Under the pieces are notes generated by a model that did no database searches, had not been told where the DNA came from, and saw only the letters and a list, made by a program, of their open reading frames with translations. Position numbers and translations under genes: made by a program. Source: Marivivens sp. (GTDB taxonomy: Bacteria > Pseudomonadota > Alphaproteobacteria > Rhodobacterales > Rhodobacteraceae). From it: DNA of 46,270 nt. Every line of letters begins with the position of its first letter. The first letter of the stretch is position 1. Shown here piece by piece: positions 10,445 to 19,525 of this stretch. The DNA lies in assembly GCA_050298835.1 (NCBI GenBank), contig JBNKUW010000002.1, forward strand, positions 1 to 46,270, read 5' to 3'.

Positions 10445-11541
10445 ACTCAAAGAATATAATATATAACGCCGTTAGCTATATCGCTTTTATCGAGAGATAT
10501 CACTCTGGCACTGATCTTTATCAACGAAGATTGAAACAGGTGTTTGGTCATGGCATTATAGGAAAAATTAGACATCTCGCTTGGAAGCTATCTAACAAAA
10601 CAAACTTTCTGCCATTAATTTGTGCATTGTCAATCCCGTACGTATCATTCGAAAAAATTGGAAAAACCGTAATTAGCGACCACTCTAACGAATTCATAAA
10701 GAATTCCATTATAAAAAAGAAACACATATTAAAAAAAGAAATTAGATTAAGAAAAATAAAAAGTGAATACTTGAAAATAACCAGAGGACTAATCGAAAGC
10801 GGTTTGCTTGTAGATGAAATTAAAATTTTTCAAACGATTAGATTTTTTAAATACCTGACTTACTTTGAAAACTACTTATCAAAGCACAGAATTGAGTATG
10901 TATATTGCGTTGACGATGTAACTCCGTTAAGAGCTGCATTATTGGTAGCTGCCAATAACGACCAAACCGTAAAAGAAATCCACTTATGTCGCCTAGCGAA
11001 ACAAACTGACAGATTTGACGCGTTGCCACGCACACATGATCACATTTGGGATAATTCTCAAATATCTGTTAATTCAACTACCTACGAATTAATAAAACTG
11101 CCAAACAAGAAAATTTCTTTTGAAGTTTTGAGAAACCAAAACCTGAAATTTGCAATCGCTGGCCCTAAAAACATGACTCCCGAAAAGGTGCTGCCATTAT
11201 TGAGAGAACTATCAAGGCTGACTTCTTCTACTATAAAAGTAAGACTTCATCCTCTCGCCTCGTCAAAAAAATGGCACAGTCTTAAAGAAAAAGTTGAAAT
11301 AACATCGGGAAAACAAGATATTGAAGAGTTCTCAAACCAGGTTGATCTTGTGTTTTGTGGAAATACTTCACTAATTGAAATTCTCTTATCTTATGGGGTT
11401 CCAGTCGTATATGTTTCAAACTTAGATGAAGAGGTTGATGACATATACAAATATGTTAAAACTGGAGAGATTCCCAAAGCTCATTTTCCAATAATTACGT
11501 CACAAATTTCGGAATTTTATGAAAAAAAATATCAAAAATAG
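10441..11541 (+). CDS. Hypothetical protein, candidate CMP-nonulosonate (pseudaminyl) transferase
   Basis: Translationally coupled between pseI and the GT4 genes. C-terminal half has KVRLHP and DLVFCGNTSLIEILLSYGVPVV, which resemble GT-B transferases that use CMP-sugars. Confidence 0.5.
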   Translation: MNSKNIIYNAVSYIAFIERYHSGTDLYQRRLKQVFGHGIIGKIRHLAWKLSNKTNFLPLICALSIPYVSFEKIGKTVISDHSNEFIKNSIIKKKHILKKEIRLRKIKSEYLKITRGLIESGLLVDEIKIFQTIRFFKYLTYFENYLSKHRIEYVYCVDDVTPLRAALLVAANNDQTVKEIHLCRLAKQTDRFDALPRTHDHIWDNSQISVNSTTYELIKLPNKKISFEVLRNQNLKFAIAGPKNMTPEKVLPLLRELSRLTSSTIKVRLHPLASSKKWHSLKEKVEITSGKQDIEEFSNQVDLVFCGNTSLIEILLSYGVPVVYVSNLDEEVDDIYKYVKTGEIPKAHFPIITSQISEFYEKKYQK

Positions 11542-12622
11542 AAAAATAACGCTATTGATAGACGGATTTGTCGCAGGCGGCGCTCAGCGGGTTGCGATTC
11601 AGTTAATCGATTATTTATCCTCAAATAATTATGACGTTAAACTGATAACAATGAAAAGCAAAGAGCATGACTTCTTCAAAATAAATGAAGAAATTGAACG
11701 AATTTCCATCGACGGGAACATAAATTCAAAGAACATAATTCACGCATTTTATAACAACATCGTGAGAGTTGCAAAAGTAAGATCTGCATTAAAAAAACAA
11801 AGAACTGAAGTTTTTATTTCATTCTTAACGAGCAACAATATAATATTAATTATTGCTTCGGCATTCCTGCGAAAAACTGTCATTATATCAGAAAGGAACG
11901 ATCCCTCGCGCCAAAAGCATAACACATGCTGGAATTTTTTGCGTAAGTCCCTATATAAATATGCAGACCAAATAACTACAAACTCTGCAATATCAGTGGA
12001 GACCATAAAAAAATATGCGCCATTCGAAAAAATAATTTTGATTGAAAATCCAATAAAAATCCCCAAACATAACTCTTCCGAACCTTCGAAAGATAATCGA
12101 AGAATTTTAACCGTTGGTCGGCTTGTCGAACAAAAGAATCACATAGAACTTCTGCATGCATTTGACCTTCTTCTGAAAAGAAACCGGGATTGGAAATTGA
12201 GAATAATAGGTGAGGGTCCGGAGCGCAAAAAAATCGAAGACGAGGTTTGTAAAAGGAACCTAACCGAACAAGTATCCTTGCCAGGCTTACAGAAAAATGT
12301 TGAGCTAGAATACAAGAAGGCATCGATATTTGTGCTTACCTCAAAATTTGAGGGTACTCCAAACACACTTTTAGAAGCAATAGCTAACCACGTTCCATGT
12401 ATCGTAGCCGATTGCCTTCCCGGGGCGCTAAATTATATAGAGCATGGAGTTAGTGGATTTGTATATTCTTCCGGAAAGCCACAAGAACTTGCACATTTTA
12501 TCGAAAAATTAGCAAATTCAGATGAATTGAAACGCACTTTCTCAAAAAATGCATTAGAAAAAATAGATAATTTGTCAATCAACAATATTGGGGAAAAATG
12601 GGAGTCGATAATAAACAAATGA
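11519..12622 (+). CDS. Glycosyltransferase family 4
   Basis: GGAQRV, ISERNDP, TVGRLVEQKN, SKFEGTPNTLLEA. Confidence 0.9.
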   Translation: MKKNIKNRKITLLIDGFVAGGAQRVAIQLIDYLSSNNYDVKLITMKSKEHDFFKINEEIERISIDGNINSKNIIHAFYNNIVRVAKVRSALKKQRTEVFISFLTSNNIILIIASAFLRKTVIISERNDPSRQKHNTCWNFLRKSLYKYADQITTNSAISVETIKKYAPFEKIILIENPIKIPKHNSSEPSKDNRRILTVGRLVEQKNHIELLHAFDLLLKRNRDWKLRIIGEGPERKKIEDEVCKRNLTEQVSLPGLQKNVELEYKKASIFVLTSKFEGTPNTLLEAIANHVPCIVADCLPGALNYIEHGVSGFVYSSGKPQELAHFIEKLANSDELKRTFSKNALEKIDNLSINNIGEKWESIINK

Positions 12623-13728
12623 TCACACTGCATGTCATCACATCTCTAGGTTCAGGCGGAGCCGAGGGTATGTTGAAAAGACTGGTTCTCCATTCTTATA
12701 AACATAAACATGTCGTTGTATCATTAATAGACCGTGGAACGCACGGAGATACTATGACGGAAAAAGGGATAGATGTACATGAACTAAATCTCCAAAATCC
12801 CAAAAACTGGATCTCTGGAATAATCAAACTAAACAAGATAATAAAAAAAGAAAAACCAAATATCATAATGTCTTGGCTATACCATGCCGACTTCATATCC
12901 TTCATACTAGTTAAAATATTTCACAAAAAAATTAAGTTAATATGGAATATCCGTTGTTCCAACATTGACCTATCACAATACTCACCTATGACAAGGTTTA
13001 TTCTGTATTCAAATAAATTTTTTTCTAGATTTGTAGATCTAATCATTACCAATTCTCACTCAGGTCGAATTTTCCACCAACAAATCGGTTACAAAAACAG
13101 CAACTGGATGTACATTCCTAACGGAATTGATACTTGTTCGTGGAGTTATGAACCAGAGAAAAAAGCAAGAGCACTTGAAAATTTGCTTATACAACCATCA
13201 TGTTTCGTAATATTTTGTATTGCGCGATTTGATCCTCAAAAAGATCATGAAACTCTGATAAAATCTTTTCAATATTTAAAAAAAGAATATAAAAGAACGA
13301 AACTCATTCTGATAGGAAAAAATACAGATAAAATTCCCATCCCAAATGAAATTATAAACGATGTTATATCACTAGGTGAACGCTCTGATATTCCATTATT
13401 GATGCAGGCGGCTAATTTAGTGGTTTTAACTTCTGCATATGGAGAAGGTTTTCCCAATGTGCTCGGAGAAGCACTAGCTACAGGAACACACTGTATAGCA
13501 ACAGATGTTGGTGATACACGTATGCTCCTCAGCGAGGTTGGAACCGTTATCCCACCCAAAAATCCAGAAATTTTATTTGAGGAAATAAGGAATTGTATAG
13601 AGAATGAAAAAATATCATCTGAAAGCGAGAAACACAAAAGACGGAAATTTATAATTGACAACTTTAGCATCGAAAAAATAGTTAATCAATATGATGACCT
13701 TATAGGTAAGGCCTCAATTCATGATTAA
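12619..13728 (+). CDS. Glycosyltransferase family 4
   Basis: HVITSLGSGGAE, IPNGID, ARFDPQKDH, GEGFPNVLGEA. ATG at 12619 overlaps the upstream stop (ORF track starts at 12598). Confidence 0.9.
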   Translation: MITLHVITSLGSGGAEGMLKRLVLHSYKHKHVVVSLIDRGTHGDTMTEKGIDVHELNLQNPKNWISGIIKLNKIIKKEKPNIIMSWLYHADFISFILVKIFHKKIKLIWNIRCSNIDLSQYSPMTRFILYSNKFFSRFVDLIITNSHSGRIFHQQIGYKNSNWMYIPNGIDTCSWSYEPEKKARALENLLIQPSCFVIFCIARFDPQKDHETLIKSFQYLKKEYKRTKLILIGKNTDKIPIPNEIINDVISLGERSDIPLLMQAANLVVLTSAYGEGFPNVLGEALATGTHCIATDVGDTRMLLSEVGTVIPPKNPEILFEEIRNCIENEKISSESEKHKRRKFIIDNFSIEKIVNQYDDLIGKASIHD

Positions 13729-14845
13729 AAAAATTTTATTTCCACATTCAAGTTCTTCACTAGGAGGTAGCAAAAACTCATCCTTCCTATTGTGCGAAGA
13801 TTTGATAAATCTTGGCTACACGCCAATTCAACTTTTCCCTTATCCAGGCGACGCAGTAGAAAAATCCAAATCCCACAATTTAAAAACAATATTATATCGT
13901 GGCAAAATATCAAAAAACAAACTTGAAAACACACAGGGAATAGTCCGAAAAGTTCTTGGCAGTTTTTATGCCTTGAATGAAATCATAAGAGCAAGGAAGG
14001 TGATACAAAAACTAAAACCAGACTTAGTACACATAAATGATGATGTATCAATGCTCACGTGGGGATTCGCAGCAAAGTCATTAAAAGTTCCTGTAATCTG
14101 GCACATAAGGCAAGAAATTGGCAATTCTTTTCTTGATGTCATTAGAGATAAAATATCATCGCACAATTTATACGTCGCAAAAAAAATAAAATCCCGAACA
14201 AAAAATATTAACTCAAAGACACCAAAATCAATTTTGTATAACGGAGTCGACGTTGATTTATTCTACCCCACAAGAGATACGATTAATATTCCCTTAAAAA
14301 TATGCTTCATTGGAAACCTAGTTCAACGAAAAAGACCTGAATGGGTAGCACAAGCAGTTGCCGATCTTATAAACCAAGGACTGGATGTTTCTGTAAATTT
14401 TGTAGGAAAAGACTATTCTGGCGGAAAATACCTAGAATCTTTAAAAAAGATCTCTCAATCCTGCACAAACCCCGAAAAGTTCCATTTTCTCGGTTTCCGC
14501 ACAGATATACCAGAGATATTACGAAATTCGGACATTTTGGTTTTACCATCTGTTATGTATGGAGAAGCCTTCCCAAGAGTAATTTTGGAGGCCATGGCCT
14601 CTGGAGCATGTGTGATTTCTACAAATGTTGCGGGAGTTCCGGAAATAATTACATCGGGAGAAAATGGATATTTGATTGATCATGACAGATATGATGAACT
14701 AGTTAGCACATTATCTGACCTGATTGCCAGTCCGCAAAAAATCGAGAAAATTAAAATAAATTCGAGAAAAACAATCATGGAGAAATTTCAAAAAAATATA
14801 ACATATAATCAAATAAAAGAAATTTACGAAGGAATACTTTATTGA
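13721..14845 (+). CDS. Glycosyltransferase family 4
   Basis: YNGVD, FIGNLVQRK, LGFRTDI, EAFPRVILEAMA. Confidence 0.9.
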   Translation: MIKKILFPHSSSSLGGSKNSSFLLCEDLINLGYTPIQLFPYPGDAVEKSKSHNLKTILYRGKISKNKLENTQGIVRKVLGSFYALNEIIRARKVIQKLKPDLVHINDDVSMLTWGFAAKSLKVPVIWHIRQEIGNSFLDVIRDKISSHNLYVAKKIKSRTKNINSKTPKSILYNGVDVDLFYPTRDTINIPLKICFIGNLVQRKRPEWVAQAVADLINQGLDVSVNFVGKDYSGGKYLESLKKISQSCTNPEKFHFLGFRTDIPEILRNSDILVLPSVMYGEAFPRVILEAMASGACVISTNVAGVPEIITSGENGYLIDHDRYDELVSTLSDLIASPQKIEKIKINSRKTIMEKFQKNITYNQIKEIYEGILY

Positions 14846-15207
14846 TTCATTAAGCCCATAATTCCAAATCAAATAAACCACATCTTATTTATGGTAAAAT
14901 TCCCCTATTGGAAAAAAATTTCAGCTATTTCCACTCTCATATCAGTTACAGAATGCTTGCCATAGCACTACACTTCTTCCCTCAGTCCAAATCAACAATA
15001 TTTTTGGAAACTTGACGTTTCAAAGACGGTTCGCGCTACAAAGTATGAAGTATACATAGCCCTATCATGACATTGAATATCCATTTTTTAAAACCCCAAT
15101 TGCCGAGTTTCCTTTATAAAAATTACCATTACAACAACTGAAAAAAGAAAAAGATTACAGGCTATACAGGATCTTTTGCACCACCCACATTTATCAAGAA
15201 TATATCC

Positions 15208-15405
15208 TCAATAACCACCAAGCCGGGCGGTGATCGAGCTTGCAAGCTTTCGGGCGATTTTTTCAGATCGTGTTCGCAGCGTCATGACGATACGCGGGGC
15301 ACGATATTTTGCCTGAAGATCGGTGGGAACACGTCGTGAGAAATAAAAGATTCCGCGTTTTTGGAAAGTATAGCTCGGGGATTGGTCTACAAACTGGTCT
15401 ACCAT
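15208..15405 (-). pseudogene. Truncated integrase N-terminus (DUF6538-like)
   Basis: MVDQFVDQSPSYTFQKRGIFYFSRRVPTDL...RIVMTLRTRS...A is typical of DUF6538 integrase N-termini. It stops after 65 aa where the sequence turns AT-rich, and lies just downstream of the tRNA 3' end. Confidence 0.7.
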
Positions 15406-15483
15406 GCGTCGCACCAACATCGCTGTTTGGGCGATTTTCGTCAATGAAATCAGTTGGTTTTTAGGAGATGTGCATGGGGAAAA

Positions 15484-15528
15484 TGGCGCACCCGACAGGA
15501 TTCGAACCTGTGGCCTTTGCCTTCGGAG
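15484..15528 (-). tRNA. 3' half of tRNA-Arg(CCG), anticodon loop to CCA; att-site fragment, not an intact tRNA
   Basis: Minus strand CTCCGAAGGCAAAGGCCACAGGTTCGAATCCTGTCGGGTGCGCCA contains the anticodon CCG, T-loop GGTTCGAATCC and CCA. The D arm and 5' acceptor strand are absent upstream. Confidence 0.85.
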
Positions 15529-15541
15529 CTGGTTTAAGGGC

Positions 15542-15633
15542 CTATCCGAATTGCACGATAGGGCGCGCCAGAGCACGATAGCCTACTGAAAACAATTGAT
15601 TTTCATAATTAGCTCTCCGAAGTCTCTATCCGA
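15542..15633. repeat. Short direct repeats inside the att end, candidate integrase arm sites
   Basis: GCACGATAG at 15553-15561 and 15573-15581; CTATCCGA at 15542-15549 and 15626-15633. Confidence 0.45.
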
Positions 15634-15706
15634 GAATACGCCTTGATTTCTGCCCGCCTGCTTGCGTGGTGCTTACTTGAAATCCGGGTTTCCGAGGGAC
15701 GGGAGC

Positions 15707-17044
15707 ATGACCAAACTGACCAAACGGTTTGTAGAGGCCGTCGAGCCGCAGAGCAAAGGTCATGTCGTCTGGGACGACGAATTGCCGGGCTTCGGTCTTC
15801 GCGTCTATCTCTCGGGCAAGCGCAGCTACATCGTCCAGTACCGCTCTCGTGGCCGTTCACGTCGCTACACGATCGGCCTTCATGGCATCTGGACGCCCGA
15901 AACCGCGCGTCGCGAAGCCAAGGCCCTGCTCGGACAGGTCGCTCAAGGCGGCGATCCTGCCGAAGAGCGCGAGGAAGACCGCAAGGCGCTGACCATCAAG
16001 CAGCTCTGCGAACAATACATCTCCGACATGGAAGCTGGCCTCATCCTGGGAAAAGGCGGCCGGCCAAAGAAGGACACCACCATCGCCACCGATGTCGGCC
16101 GTATCCGCAGGCACATCATTCCTCTTCTCGGGACGCGACGTGTGCGAGACATCACCAAGCCGGATATGAACAATCTGATGAAGGACATCATCTCCGGCAA
16201 GACACGCGTGACCATGAAAACTGAAAAGCTCCGCGGAAAGGCCATCGTTCGCGGTGGCCGTGGCACCGCGATCCGGACGATGGGTCTGCTTGGCGGAATC
16301 TTCTCTTATGCCGTCGAAGCTGGCGTGATCGAGCACAACCCAACGCATGGTCTCCGCAAACCGAAATATCAGGTCCGCGACCGCCGGCTCAGCGAAGCCG
16401 AATACCGGGTTCTGGGTGGTATTCTTCGCGAGGCGCAGGGAAGCGACCGCTACAAGATACATGCCGATATCCTCCGGCTGATCGCGGTGACAGGCTGCCG
16501 GCGCGGCGAAATCGTCAATCTCAAATGGAGCGAGGCGGACCTCGAAGGGAGCTGCTTGCGGTTGATCGACAGTAAGGAAGGTTCATCGGTACGCCCGGTC
16601 GGGCTCCCCGTAGTGGAGTTTCTTGAGAAGGAACGGCCGCAGAGAACCGGCACCTATGTCTTTCCCGGCCAGGACATCGACAACGCGGTCGGAAACTTCC
16701 CGCAGAGCTGGAAGAAGCTGTTCAAGGACACGCCGCTCTGGGACGTAACGCCTCACGTGCTCCGGCACAGTTTCGCGAGCATCGCGAACGATCTGGGATT
16801 CACGGAGATCACTATTGCCGCACTGATCGGTCATGCCAAGGGATCAGTCACGAGCAAGTACGTCCACACGCTCGATTCCACACTGATCATGGCCGCAGAC
16901 ACTGTGTCCGGTTACGTGGAGGCCTTGCTGGAAGGCGTCGAGTTCAGGCGGAACACCTACACGCTGGATCGTCAGTCCCGGAAAAGCGCTATCGATCAAA
17001 TGCTCACGGAATCTAGGCCGACACTTAAGTTGAGTCAGGCTTAA
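15707..17044 (+). CDS. Tyrosine recombinase/integrase with N-terminal arm-binding domain
   Basis: KLTKRFVE...WDDELPGFGLRV arm-binding domain; catalytic TGCRRGEI, K (DSKEG), HVLRHSF, IGH, SKY. GGGAG RBS before ATG 15707. Confidence 0.93.
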   Translation: MTKLTKRFVEAVEPQSKGHVVWDDELPGFGLRVYLSGKRSYIVQYRSRGRSRRYTIGLHGIWTPETARREAKALLGQVAQGGDPAEEREEDRKALTIKQLCEQYISDMEAGLILGKGGRPKKDTTIATDVGRIRRHIIPLLGTRRVRDITKPDMNNLMKDIISGKTRVTMKTEKLRGKAIVRGGRGTAIRTMGLLGGIFSYAVEAGVIEHNPTHGLRKPKYQVRDRRLSEAEYRVLGGILREAQGSDRYKIHADILRLIAVTGCRRGEIVNLKWSEADLEGSCLRLIDSKEGSSVRPVGLPVVEFLEKERPQRTGTYVFPGQDIDNAVGNFPQSWKKLFKDTPLWDVTPHVLRHSFASIANDLGFTEITIAALIGHAKGSVTSKYVHTLDSTLIMAADTVSGYVEALLEGVEFRRNTYTLDRQSRKSAIDQMLTESRPTLKLSQA

Positions 17045-17113
17045 GCGGCTCAGCCGCCATTCACCCAAACCGATGTCAGCCATCGGCATTAACTAAGACG
17101 CGTCCGATTTCAC

Positions 17114-17151
17114 ATGCGCAGAAATGTGCATAACTGTTGATTTCTGCTCAT
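17114..17151. promoter_or_regulatory. Inverted repeat upstream of the defence operon, candidate operator
   Basis: ATGCGCAGAAAT (17114-17125) and ATTTCTGCTCAT (17140-17151), 11/12 complementary, about 40 bp before the small regulator gene. Confidence 0.4.
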
Positions 17152-17190
17152 CGTACAGGATACGATGCCCAAAAAGGGGAACCCGCACAA

Positions 17191-17385
17191 ATGACTGATC
17201 TGGTTCGCGTGCAGATGCTGATGCCGAGAGCGGAAGCTGATCGGTTTGGCGACTATTGCCGCGAGAAGGGCTATAAAAAGTCACCGTTGATCGCACGGCT
17301 TGTCCGAGAGCACCTGGACAGAGAGCACTTCAACCCGCAGCCGGATTTGTTCGGCAGAGAAGAACGGGGGTTGAAGGAGACGTGA
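17191..17385 (+). CDS. Small ribbon-helix-helix (CopG-like) regulator
   Basis: 64 aa with beta strand VRVQMLM, helix RAEADRFGDYCREKG and KSPLIARLVREHL. AGGGGA RBS. Stop overlaps the MTase start (GTGA). Confidence 0.65.
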   Translation: MTDLVRVQMLMPRAEADRFGDYCREKGYKKSPLIARLVREHLDREHFNPQPDLFGREERGLKET

Positions 17386-18956
17386 CGGACAGTGTCATCC
17401 AGAAAAAGATCTTGAGGCTTCAAACCGGGGCAAAACCGCGAGTTCTTGATCTTTTCGCCGGGTGCGGCGGTCTCTCTCTCGGCTTCAGCGCTGCTGGATT
17501 CGAGATCGCAGCTGCGGTCGAGAACAATCCGACGGCAGCAGCCTCCTACGGTGCCAATTTCCATCCTGATGATCCCCGGCACGCGGTAGCTCGCGATATT
17601 ACCGCAACCGCACCAAGCGAACTCGTCCGTGAATTGAATCTTGGACGGGTGGCAGACGCCTTCGACGTTGTCGTCGGTGGTCCACCATGCCAAGCTTTTG
17701 CACGCGTCGGCAGATCGAAGCTGCGCGAAATCGAGGCGCATCCCGACGCGTTCCGCCAGGACCCGCGTGCAAAGCTGTATGCGCCCTATCTCAAATACGT
17801 GAAATCTTGCCGGCCGGTCGTGATTCTCATGGAGAACGTTCCGGACGTGATGAATTTCGGCGGACATAACGTGCCTGAAGAGGTCTGCGAAGTTCTCGAA
17901 GAGCTTGGATATATCTGCACTTACACCTTGCTGAATGCCGCGTTCTACGGCGTACCGCAAACGCGCGAGCGCATGTTCCTGATCGCATATCATCGCGAGA
18001 TGGCCGCAACCGTCACCTTCCCTGAACCGACCCACTGGATCGATCTTCCTCCCGGCTACGAAGGATCGCGTCAGGTCGCGTTGAAACTGTTGTCAAAAGG
18101 CGGGCTGTTTGAGGATGCGCATAATTATGTGTCTCCTCCTGATGCGACTGAGGCTCTCTGTCCAGCCATCACGGCGGAGGAAGCGATCGGCGACCTCCCG
18201 AAAATTGATGCGCGCGAGCTGGTGCGTAAGGGCGAACTTAAACGCGGCGCACGAAGGTTCGATCGACTGTCCAGATATGATGGAAGACGCACGGAGTCGG
18301 CATACGCGGGGGCGATGAAGAACTGGCCCGGCTTTGAGGCCAGTGACGGCATCTATGATCATGTCATCAGGTATCTGCCTCGCGACTACCAGCTGTTTGC
18401 CCGCATGAAGGAAGGTGATCAGTATCCGGAAGCGCACGCGCTCGCCCTGAAAATGTTCGAAGAGAAGCTGTCGGCGCTTGCGAAGAAGAGGCCGCGCATC
18501 AGGCAGGGATCTGAGGAATACGAAGAACTGAAAAACTCTATCGTGCCGCCCTACGATGCGGGCAAGTTTCCGAACAAATGGCGGAAGATATCCCGGGATC
18601 AGCCGGTGCGCACGATCATGGCGCATCTCAGCAAGGACGGGTACAGCCATATCCACTACGACGATGCTCAGGCCCGGACGATTTCCGTCCGCGAAGCGGC
18701 ACGTTTCCAGTCCTTCCCAGACGGCTTCGTGTTTTCGGGCGCAATGAACGAGGCATTCCGCCAGATCGGAAATGCTGTCCCGCCGCTGATGGCGAAAGCG
18801 ATCGCCACCGAAATCATGAAGACGATCGAGATATCGGCCGGAGCGCATTTGATACGACCGACGTTCATTCCGCTTGCAGCGGCTGCGGCATCCGAAGCCG
18901 GATCACCAGTCCTAGCGCGCGATCCCGTCGGGATGGAGAAGGTGATTGAACCCTGA
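17382..18956 (+). CDS. DNA (cytosine-5) methyltransferase, DrmMII-like
   Basis: Motif I DLFAGCGG, IV GGPPCQ, VI ENV, VIII PQTRER, IX RTISVREAARFQSFPD, X QIGNAVPP. Confidence 0.95.
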   Translation: MTDSVIQKKILRLQTGAKPRVLDLFAGCGGLSLGFSAAGFEIAAAVENNPTAAASYGANFHPDDPRHAVARDITATAPSELVRELNLGRVADAFDVVVGGPPCQAFARVGRSKLREIEAHPDAFRQDPRAKLYAPYLKYVKSCRPVVILMENVPDVMNFGGHNVPEEVCEVLEELGYICTYTLLNAAFYGVPQTRERMFLIAYHREMAATVTFPEPTHWIDLPPGYEGSRQVALKLLSKGGLFEDAHNYVSPPDATEALCPAITAEEAIGDLPKIDARELVRKGELKRGARRFDRLSRYDGRRTESAYAGAMKNWPGFEASDGIYDHVIRYLPRDYQLFARMKEGDQYPEAHALALKMFEEKLSALAKKRPRIRQGSEEYEELKNSIVPPYDAGKFPNKWRKISRDQPVRTIMAHLSKDGYSHIHYDDAQARTISVREAARFQSFPDGFVFSGAMNEAFRQIGNAVPPLMAKAIATEIMKTIEISAGAHLIRPTFIPLAAAAASEAGSPVLARDPVGMEKVIEP

Positions 18957-19467
18957 TGTCCACGATACGACCGCCACGAAGGGCGAAACCACCGACGTAT
19001 TGACGCCGGAACAGCGCCGGCTGGTGATGAGCCGGATCAGGGGCAAGAACACGAAGCCGGAAATGCTCATACGGCGCGGACTGCACGGACGCGGCCTGCG
19101 CTACAGGCTGCACAAAAAGGGCCTGCCCGGCAAACCCGACATGGTGTTTGCGAAGTATCGCGCAGTGGTCCTCGTCCACGGATGCTTCTGGCACGGCCAC
19201 GACTGCTCGCTGTTTAAATGGCCGAAGACGCGCGCGGCGTTCTGGAAGGGCAAGATCAACGGAAACATGGAACGAGACCGCCAAGCGCTGACCGCGCTGA
19301 CCACAGACGGATGGCGTGTACTGGTGGTCTGGGAATGCGCCCTGAAAGGTAAACAGAAAAGAAAGCTGGCGGATTTACTGGACGTGGCGGAGACCTTCGT
19401 TCGCGACAGCGAAAAGACATTTGCCGAGATCGCAGAATACGCGAGTATAGAGAAACGGGTGTCCTGA
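18946..19467 (+). CDS. vsr: Very short patch repair endonuclease
   Basis: DVLTPEQRRLVMSRIRGKNTKPE, LPGKPD, HGCFWHGH, GWRVLVVWEC. Confidence 0.95.
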   Translation: MNPDVHDTTATKGETTDVLTPEQRRLVMSRIRGKNTKPEMLIRRGLHGRGLRYRLHKKGLPGKPDMVFAKYRAVVLVHGCFWHGHDCSLFKWPKTRAAFWKGKINGNMERDRQALTALTTDGWRVLVVWECALKGKQKRKLADLLDVAETFVRDSEKTFAEIAEYASIEKRVS

Positions 19468-19525
19468 ATGCGCCACGCAACCATGAGGTTTACGGCCGGG
19501 CGGAAAAGAATTCGGAAACGGAACC

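Noticed and set aside
506-15530. 10-bp direct repeat CTTCGGAGCT at 506-515 and 15521-15530 as att sites of the glycan island
   Set aside because: Too short to exclude chance. The first copy is explained as a hairpin arm, and the tRNA 3' sequence is not repeated there.
15484-15560. Complete tRNA-Arg gene
   Set aside because: Only the anticodon-to-CCA half is present; the sequence beyond 15528 cannot form the D arm or acceptor stem.
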